This document shows, piece after piece, positions 57,324 to 63,552 of a stretch of 63,552 nt of DNA. The stretch is from IMG/VR virus record IMGVR_UViG_3300050343_000084, positions 1-63,552 of that record; one strand, given 5' to 3'. Every line of letters begins with the position of its first letter. Within the stretch, counting starts at the first letter, position 1. Position numbers and translations under genes: made by a program. The notes beneath the pieces are model-generated. The model was not told where the DNA came from, searched no databases, and saw only the letters and a list, made by a program, of their open reading frames with translations. The stretch is from a virus. Taxonomy: Duplodnaviria > Caudoviricetes.

Positions 57324-57983
57324 TTACTGTTGGCCGGTTACTGATGCACCGCCAAATCCAAAACCTCCATCTGCGCCACCTCCAATTCCAGAGGCCGCGG
57401 CTCCTGCTAAATCTCCTATGCCACCCATAATAGACTGCGTAGCCTGTGCCCTTGCTGCTTTAGCTGCTCCTAACCTTTGTTGAGCCATGCCTAATTGAGT
57501 GCCTGTTTTCTTATATTCTAATCCTCTTGCTGTTTCAGCCCCGCCAGCTTCAGCCATCTGTAGGCTCCCGGCCATTTGCGCTTTTGCCATTTGGTTAGAC
57601 CTTTCTTGTTGTCCTATGCTTGCTGCGGCTTGTGCTGCTCCTTGCGTTTGTTGATTAGCCATAGCTTGCGCCAATGCAGCTATGCCAGATCCGCCAGCTG
57701 CGCCAGCCATTTGATCCATAATATTAGCTTGCCCCTGTTGCTGTGCTTGCAATTGAAACTCCGCTGCTCTTTGGTCAACCGTTAGGTCTTCCATAGTGTT
57801 TTCTAAGTTAGCATACAAGTTAGATGTGTCAAGTTCAGCGTATTGATTTTTAAACATATCGTACTCCTCCTGAGCCGCCGCTTCTTCTCTTTTTCTTTTA
57901 CCACTACCTATAATACCGCCAGCTATGCCGGTAAGTCCTTTTACCGCGCCTCCAATTGCCATTGCTGTTGCTACTCCTGCCAT
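57324..57983 (-). CDS. Putative DNA ejection/pilot protein
   Basis: Gly/Ala-rich hydrophobic ends and Gln/Ala-rich coiled coil. Confidence 0.65.
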   Translation of the reverse strand: MAGVATAMAIGGAVKGLTGIAGGIIGSGKRKREEAAAQEEYDMFKNQYAELDTSNLYANLENTMEDLTVDQRAAEFQLQAQQQGQANIMDQMAGAAGGSGIAALAQAMANQQTQGAAQAAASIGQQERSNQMAKAQMAGSLQMAEAGGAETARGLEYKKTGTQLGMAQQRLGAAKAARAQATQSIMGGIGDLAGAAASGIGGGADGGFGFGGASVTGQQ

Positions 57984-58459
57984 AGTTTTTCTTTTTTATT
58001 ATATTCCTCAAGGGTTATAGAATACAAAGATTCTTCAACCTCTTTCATATCTTTAGTGTTCGTGGGGTTTTTATGTACATTTATAAATAATGAATCTTCT
58101 AAAGATAGTATTAATCGTTTTGCTCCTTTTATAGATTTTTCATAACACGGAGCTATGTGTTCAACCTCCTGCCCGTCTGTTGTAACTAGTATTCTGCCTT
58201 TTAACAAAAACCAAAAATGCTCTGTATGATGTATCGCGCTTATCACCACGCATTCTGCAGGCATATACATTTTGCGCATGTAAAGCTGATCCGCAAACTC
58301 GTTTTCGATGCGAAATATATCGTTATTAACTAAGTTTTTACCATCACCAAAAACGTTTTCTAAATGGTTGTTTTCAATCATTGTGTTTTGCAAGCTTTCA
58401 AGTTCGCCAACAAAGCTACTTAATTTATTATTATTAGATTCAATTTTATTTTTTAACAT
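57971..58459 (-). CDS. Cupin-fold protein
   Basis: LYMRKMYMPAECVVISAIHHTEHFWFLLKG...GAKRLI...FINVH. Confidence 0.65.
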   Translation of the reverse strand: MLKNKIESNNNKLSSFVGELESLQNTMIENNHLENVFGDGKNLVNNDIFRIENEFADQLYMRKMYMPAECVVISAIHHTEHFWFLLKGRILVTTDGQEVEHIAPCYEKSIKGAKRLILSLEDSLFINVHKNPTNTKDMKEVEESLYSITLEEYNKKEKLWQE

Positions 58460-58464
58460 ATAAT

Positions 58465-58493
58465 TATTATTACATGTTATTTACTGCTCTCAA
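58465..58493 (-). promoter_or_regulatory. Class-2 promoter candidate TTGA-N16-GTAATAATA heading the ejection-protein operon
   Basis: Minus strand TTGA GAGCAGTAAATAACAT GTAATAATA. Confidence 0.55.
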
Positions 58494-58809
58494 ATATCTC
58501 TGAGCCTACAGAAAACAATTCTGATTTGTTTAATGAATCGTTTCTAAGTTCAACTTCTGCAAAATATCCTAATATACCACTTGTATTAACTTTATTATCT
58601 TTAGTAAATAATATAAACGATGCAGCTGTTGGCCTAACCGTTTGCGGAGCTATGTTACATACAATTGTATTTGCCCCGTGGTTTATTGACACCACATCAC
58701 CTATTTTCACAACGGTTGTACCCATTGGATCGTTAGTGTAATATAGTATATCTCCAATTTGTACAGATACTTGTATAGGGCTGCTAAATGTTAATGTTAT
58801 TTGATCCAT
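58477..58809 (-). CDS. Small tail-associated protein
   Basis: 110 aa, ending SGILGYFAEV...ELFSVGSEIFESSK. Confidence 0.55.
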   Translation of the reverse strand: MDQITLTFSSPIQVSVQIGDILYYTNDPMGTTVVKIGDVVSINHGANTIVCNIAPQTVRPTAASFILFTKDNKVNTSGILGYFAEVELRNDSLNKSELFSVGSEIFESSK

Positions 58810-58810
58810 A

Positions 58811-60334
58811 TTATGGGCATTCTATTGTTGGATTAAGAGCGGGTGGATTTCCATCGCCTGATATTAATGAAGGTGCCGGGACTACTCGGGCGCATTGCCC
58901 TGTAACAACCCCTCCCGCGAGCACTGTATCTTGTGTAATTGTACCAGTGTCGCAATCAGCATATTCATACACAGAATCTACAGCGCTTTGTGAATTGTCA
59001 AAATCAAATGTAGCGCATGTATACGTCTTAGTGATGTAAGTATCGATGTCATCCGTAAGCGAGTAGCTCATATTCTGTACACCTGTAAATGGCGAAGTAA
59101 TATCAACTCTAAGTGTTAAATCAGAACTTCCTAAATTTAGTAGCTTCGCTCCTTGGGTTATTGTAAAATTACCATCGGCTTCTGTTTTTGTAAAATCGGA
59201 ATCAACTAAAGAGTTGGTGGCTGTCCATGATATAGTGAAGCCTGCTACAGGCGAAATAGTAATATCATGCGTCAAGCTGCCGCTTTGTGTAAAGTTATAA
59301 CTAGCATCCAAAGGCAATGGCGTAGGGTTAGTAACTGAAATATCAGTATCGCCCGAGGTTATTGTTCCGCTTAATTGAATAGAAGTAATAACTCTTCTTT
59401 GGAAAACTATTGGATTAGGCTGATTAAAATCAGGGCTTAAATCCGTTCCGGGAACAACAAATGTTAAATTATGTGTTTGGGTCGATGTTACCGCTGGGAA
59501 TGTTATAGGTACAAGCTCTTGGCCAGACGGTAATATACCTGTAATAGCATTTGTGCCGTTAGAAAAAGTAGCACCATTATCTATTGTTAAAGAATAATCT
59601 GCCCCTTGAACACCTGTTATAGCTAGATTCCTAATCGTCTGCGTAGCTGGAACCGTTGTATTTATTGAATACCCAGTTACATATTCTAAAATAATTGGTA
59701 TTTCAATAGCATGAGCGTATACGTCTATTTCATCACCGCTATGATTTACAAAAGGATATGTGTAGTCTGCATTAACTCTTATAGCGGTTAATCTATTATT
59801 TGAATCAAATACAGATGCTGAAGTATATAGATTGTAATCAGTAGGGTCGCCAGTTCTAAGAGATATAGTTGGGGTAGATTGAAAGTAATAACCTGTGTCT
59901 GCTTGTATAAGCTGCGATAATATTTCTTCTGTGCTTTCAGCAGGGCCTGAATTAGAATAGCTAACAGTGCTAGTCAACGGCGTGGCATTTTGTGTATCAT
60001 AAAACACATCGCCATCTATTGTCACCCCAAGTTCTTGAGCCGCTCCACGCATACATATTTTTATATCAAGATTGTAGTTAGGCATAGTTGCTGTTGTTAC
60101 AAAAACTACTGTCAATATAACGTTTTCGCCATCTTGCGTAAAATAAGAACCAGGTACATCTACCTCTGGGTTTGATGAAACAACCGTAAAATTACTTGCT
60201 TCAATCTCGTAACCCTGATTGGGCACTATTGTTAATACAGCCTGAGGAGCAACGCTGCTTATTAAACCTCCGCCTGGTATTACAAATTCTTGCGATGTTA
60301 CCGTAAAATTATCTATTGCTACTATATTACTCAT
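58811..60334 (-). CDS. Beta-rich tail/structural protein
   Basis: 507 aa, T/S/V-rich Ig-like composition. Confidence 0.55.
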   Translation of the reverse strand: MSNIVAIDNFTVTSQEFVIPGGGLISSVAPQAVLTIVPNQGYEIEASNFTVVSSNPEVDVPGSYFTQDGENVILTVVFVTTATMPNYNLDIKICMRGAAQELGVTIDGDVFYDTQNATPLTSTVSYSNSGPAESTEEILSQLIQADTGYYFQSTPTISLRTGDPTDYNLYTSASVFDSNNRLTAIRVNADYTYPFVNHSGDEIDVYAHAIEIPIILEYVTGYSINTTVPATQTIRNLAITGVQGADYSLTIDNGATFSNGTNAITGILPSGQELVPITFPAVTSTQTHNLTFVVPGTDLSPDFNQPNPIVFQRRVITSIQLSGTITSGDTDISVTNPTPLPLDASYNFTQSGSLTHDITISPVAGFTISWTATNSLVDSDFTKTEADGNFTITQGAKLLNLGSSDLTLRVDITSPFTGVQNMSYSLTDDIDTYITKTYTCATFDFDNSQSAVDSVYEYADCDTGTITQDTVLAGGVVTGQCARVVPAPSLISGDGNPPALNPTIECP

Positions 60335-63300
60335 TATGGTATTGGATTTACGGGTTGACCTGTATATATGTCAATTGTTATTAAAGTTCCGGTTGTAAAT
60401 GCCGTACAAAGTATTTGTTGCGCGTTGCCGTCAAATACATTAAACCAAAGAGCGGTGCCGTGACAATTAGCGGTTGTAGTACCAGTATTAAATGTACCAC
60501 ATTCCATAAAAAACGTAATCTGACCATTGCTTGAGTTTTGCGCTAATGTCTGGGCATCTGCTTCACTTATTTTGAAAGCACTATATCTATCGCTTGTGCT
60601 TCTAACCTGTCCTTGTGGCGTATAGTATTTTTCATTTCCACTTGGTGCGCCTAAATCAGGTGTTGGATTGCCATCACTATCAACATAGCTTGAGCCACCG
60701 CCACCTGTGTTGGAAATATGAACTCTACCAATTTCTACAGCGTTACCGGAATCCGCTGCTGCGAATATATTAAATGTGCCCCTGCTGCAATTATGACTGC
60801 CTGAAGCTGGAGATGCGCATACCGTTGTCTGTACCCCAGTGCTAGGGTCAACCCAGACCCCTTGTGGTTCGTTAGTAGAAACATACCTACCTACTATGTC
60901 TAAGTTAGTTAGCAAATTAGCTAAACCTTCTACGGTTACATTTTGTGTAGCTGTATTAGGCGGATTATCCGGATCGCTTACAACCAAATCAAAAGAGTAT
61001 GGTTGGGCATCTGGAACTGTACCTGTTACAACAGCGGTCCCGTCTCCGTTATCAGTAAGTGTCAACCAGCTTGGTATATTACTTGAAGTTATAGTTAACT
61101 CTGCTCCAGTATGATCTGCGTCAGCTACTCCGACATTATAAATATACGTATCACCTATAGCATACGCTGTAGTTGGTGGAGTTGTTGTAAAGTAAGGAAT
61201 ATCCGCGACTGGATCAACCGCAATTGTAACTGTACCAACATTGCTTACAAGTTGTGATCCATTAAAAGTATCAGTTGCCGTAAAGTTAAATGCTCCAGCG
61301 TCACCGTTAAAGTTTGCGTTTGGAGTAAAAGTAACAATGCCGCCATTTATAGTTAATGCACCGTTATTTGTGTTATCCGATGTAATATCATACGTAATAA
61401 CCCCTGCTGGTATATTATTGTCTGTAGTTAAATTAGCAAGGTCAATTGTCGGACAAGTAGTACAATCTTCTATAGAGGTTAAACTTCCGTTCACAACGTA
61501 GGGCGCAACCCTTGCTACAAAACAAGATGGGTCAACTTCAACATGCAAAACAAATGAACTTTGAGTGTCCCCTGATATTTCTGCACGCCCGATACCTTGC
61601 ATTGAAAACTCTGCAGCATCTAAATTGTTATCTAAATTAGTGCTAAATTGCGTGCCAATACCTTTTATGTAATTAAAGTATTTACCTTCTTTATCCAAAA
61701 ACTCTTTAACACTACCCTCTTGGAGATTTGTTTGTATTAAACTTGTATACCAGCCAGGTGTAAACACCTCGCTTGTTGGGTTATAATTTGGATTAGCTTG
61801 TAATTCAGCTAAATTAAATGTTTGCTCTTCTGGTTTTCCTTCTACCTGGTATCTATATTCCCTAGACTCTGTGCCTGAATAATTTAATGTTTTATATTTT
61901 TTAACAATATTTGGCTGGTCATTTATTAAGAATCTAATCGAGCTATCATATTGAACACCATAAAAATTATTTCTTGTAGCGCTTGTTGCCCCGTGCTCCC
62001 AAATCTTACCGTTTTTAATACTGTAATACTTGTTATTTAAGGATATAGCCCCTTCAGGTATAAAATCTTTACGAGAAGTCCAGCCTTTAACGTCTTCTTT
62101 AAAGGAAACAGTGGTCCCAGCCTGAGTTAATGACGGATTGAAATAATTGAGTTTAAGCTTATCTTTCCATTCATCTGTAAGATTATTAAGCGTAAGGTTA
62201 TAAACGTCCTTATCGTCGTCATATGAGCCTAATAATACGCTTGATGAGTGTAAGTTATCAGCAAAGAAGTCACGCATGTTGGCTGCTGAAATTTCTTCTA
62301 GCCCATTACGCGATAACCTTAAAATAACACCTCTATTTTTATCAGTAAAATATGCTCTAAACCCATAGGTAGCAAAGCTTTCTGGGTTTTTAGATATGCC
62401 ATATTCACCAACAAAAGGTATCGCTTGTCCTAACACAGCCGTATTACCCACAATGTTTGTATTCCCATCTGCATTAAACAACGCGTCTTTATTCGCTAGC
62501 ACCTTAAGAACTTTATCTTCACAGAAAGCAATTAAGTCCGTATCTCTTGAGTGCAACTTTTGAACACTTGTATAATACGGGTTTAAATCTTTAGTTATTG
62601 GTTCTGCAGCTATAAACTGGTTTAATCTATTAATACCAGAAGTGGAATTAAATATTTGCGAGAATATTAAACCCGTGGCTTTTGTTTCTTCGCCATACGC
62701 TTCGTCTAAAACAGTTGAAACAACAGGACCTTTGTCTATACGTGTTGCATTAAAATCATCACGTATACGATCAGATTCTACACCTTGCCCAAAAGAATAG
62801 CAATTAAACCAATCTAGTTTTTGTAATGGCTGGTGAGCAGCCATGGGAGTGCCTGCATTTTGTATTTCATATATATCGCTAGCCGAATAATATAAGTCTA
62901 AATCAACAGCTTCCTTTGGGTAAGTTTCAAATATAGCAGGATCGTTAGATGTGTATGTATCCGCATCTACCGCATATAGTCTTAAAAATTCTACACCTGT
63001 TCTTGTTGGATTTGCTTGGCCAGTATTAATAGGTGGTAAACCCACAGACGTGGCTATAGGTTTATCTATTTTTATATTCCATCTTACAACTCGTTGGCTA
63101 CCATATTTACCAGAACCATGTCTACCAGTTCTTCTGCTAGCAACACAGTACGCTGAGCGATAGCTCATTGTTATATTGTAAGTATGAGAATCAAGCTCTT
63201 TGTCTGGATCGTCTGTAATTCTAAATATACTACCCGCTGTGTCCAACGATTTAGCAAAACCTATATGATGGCCAGCGCTTGGTTGATTAGTTGGCCAATT

Positions 63301-63552
63301 CCACCAAATGCCTTGTCTATTATAAAAAGCCTTCTTTTGTTTCCAAGGATTACCAAATCCGTGAAATGATATGGTTAAATTTCTTTCGCCAACCACAATA
63401 CCTTTTCCTTGATATGGTCGATCGTCTTGGTTACCCCGCTGATATTTAAGATCACTACCCGCTCTTCTTTTTACATTTAATGGAGATGATTTATCCCAAA
63501 ACCATCCTTTACTATTATCCGGAGCTGTATCTCTCCAGAAACTACTCTTACC
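60334..63552 (-). CDS. Large tail/stabilization protein, C-terminal part with cadherin/Ig-like domains; frame open to the window end
   Basis: 63397-63552 has no stop in this frame; LDWFNCYSFGQGVESDRIRDDFN, YGISKNPESFA, TFTPNANFNG motifs. Confidence 0.8.
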   Translation of the reverse strand, partial: GKSSFWRDTAPDNSKGWFWDKSSPLNVKRRAGSDLKYQRGNQDDRPYQGKGIVVGERNLTISFHGFGNPWKQKKAFYNRQGIWWNWPTNQPSAGHHIGFAKSLDTAGSIFRITDDPDKELDSHTYNITMSYRSAYCVASRRTGRHGSGKYGSQRVVRWNIKIDKPIATSVGLPPINTGQANPTRTGVEFLRLYAVDADTYTSNDPAIFETYPKEAVDLDLYYSASDIYEIQNAGTPMAAHQPLQKLDWFNCYSFGQGVESDRIRDDFNATRIDKGPVVSTVLDEAYGEETKATGLIFSQIFNSTSGINRLNQFIAAEPITKDLNPYYTSVQKLHSRDTDLIAFCEDKVLKVLANKDALFNADGNTNIVGNTAVLGQAIPFVGEYGISKNPESFATYGFRAYFTDKNRGVILRLSRNGLEEISAANMRDFFADNLHSSSVLLGSYDDDKDVYNLTLNNLTDEWKDKLKLNYFNPSLTQAGTTVSFKEDVKGWTSRKDFIPEGAISLNNKYYSIKNGKIWEHGATSATRNNFYGVQYDSSIRFLINDQPNIVKKYKTLNYSGTESREYRYQVEGKPEEQTFNLAELQANPNYNPTSEVFTPGWYTSLIQTNLQEGSVKEFLDKEGKYFNYIKGIGTQFSTNLDNNLDAAEFSMQGIGRAEISGDTQSSFVLHVEVDPSCFVARVAPYVVNGSLTSIEDCTTCPTIDLANLTTDNNIPAGVITYDITSDNTNNGALTINGGIVTFTPNANFNGDAGAFNFTATDTFNGSQLVSNVGTVTIAVDPVADIPYFTTTPPTTAYAIGDTYIYNVGVADADHTGAELTITSSNIPSWLTLTDNGDGTAVVTGTVPDAQPYSFDLVVSDPDNPPNTATQNVTVEGLANLLTNLDIVGRYVSTNEPQGVWVDPSTGVQTTVCASPASGSHNCSRGTFNIFAAADSGNAVEIGRVHISNTGGGGSSYVDSDGNPTPDLGAPSGNEKYYTPQGQVRSTSDRYSAFKISEADAQTLAQNSSNGQITFFMECGTFNTGTTTANCHGTALWFNVFDGNAQQILCTAFTTGTLITIDIYTGQPVNPIP

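Noticed and set aside
1844-63369. Numerous antisense or overlapping ORFs in the track (e.g. 18648-19076, 21918-22400, 45269-45739, 52034-52540)
   Set aside because: They shadow well-supported genes on the opposite strand or frame and have no recognisable motifs.
1-63552. Stop-codon reassignment as in some crAss-like phages
   Set aside because: Long genes are intact in the standard code, TAG and TGA both end genes, and no suppressor tRNA was found.
1-63552. Prophage or mobile elements, introns, inteins, diversity-generating retroelement
   Set aside because: No integrase, transposase or reverse transcriptase seen; terL, nrdA, nrdB and the helicase appear uninterrupted.

Overview
The window looks like a complete, circularly permuted ~63.5 kb genome of a lytic tailed dsDNA phage. 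One tail-gene reading frame runs from 2505 off position 1 and continues in frame from 63552 to 60334. The capsid, portal, terminase and tail module resembles crAss-like or marine Flavobacteriia podoviruses. AT-rich leaders without Shine-Dalgarno sequences also suggest a Bacteroidota host (inference). Two arms diverge at about 26.4-26.7 kb. The plus arm (26.7-46.1 kb) carries tiny early genes, a DNA ligase, a DenV-like glycosylase, an HTH protein, a sigma factor, ERF, an exonuclease, a primase-helicase, a ThyA-like enzyme, MazG-like proteins and nrdAB. The minus arm carries lysis genes, a 2878-aa polyvalent virion protein, ejection and tail proteins, the head and packaging genes, GroEL/GroES and two tail fibres. 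I could not identify a DNA polymerase, RNA polymerase or integrase. The main observations are: (1) nine exactly spaced copies of an unusual early-promoter-like motif, YACA-N8-ACGA-N8-CGATAATA, together with a sigma70 region-2-like segment inside the giant virion protein, suggesting an injected-sigma transcription start-up system; (2) a second promoter class, TTRR-N16-GTAAT; (3) a ThyA homologue with Asp at the Asn177 specificity position next to MazG-like genes, a candidate cytosine-modification pathway; (4) a 69-nt RNA resembling only the tRNA-like domain of tmRNA, preceded by about 380 nt of structured non-coding sequence; (5) three spaced inverted-repeat sites and a CAGG(ATC) array at the divergence point. 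All family assignments come from motif recognition by eye, not from database searches.
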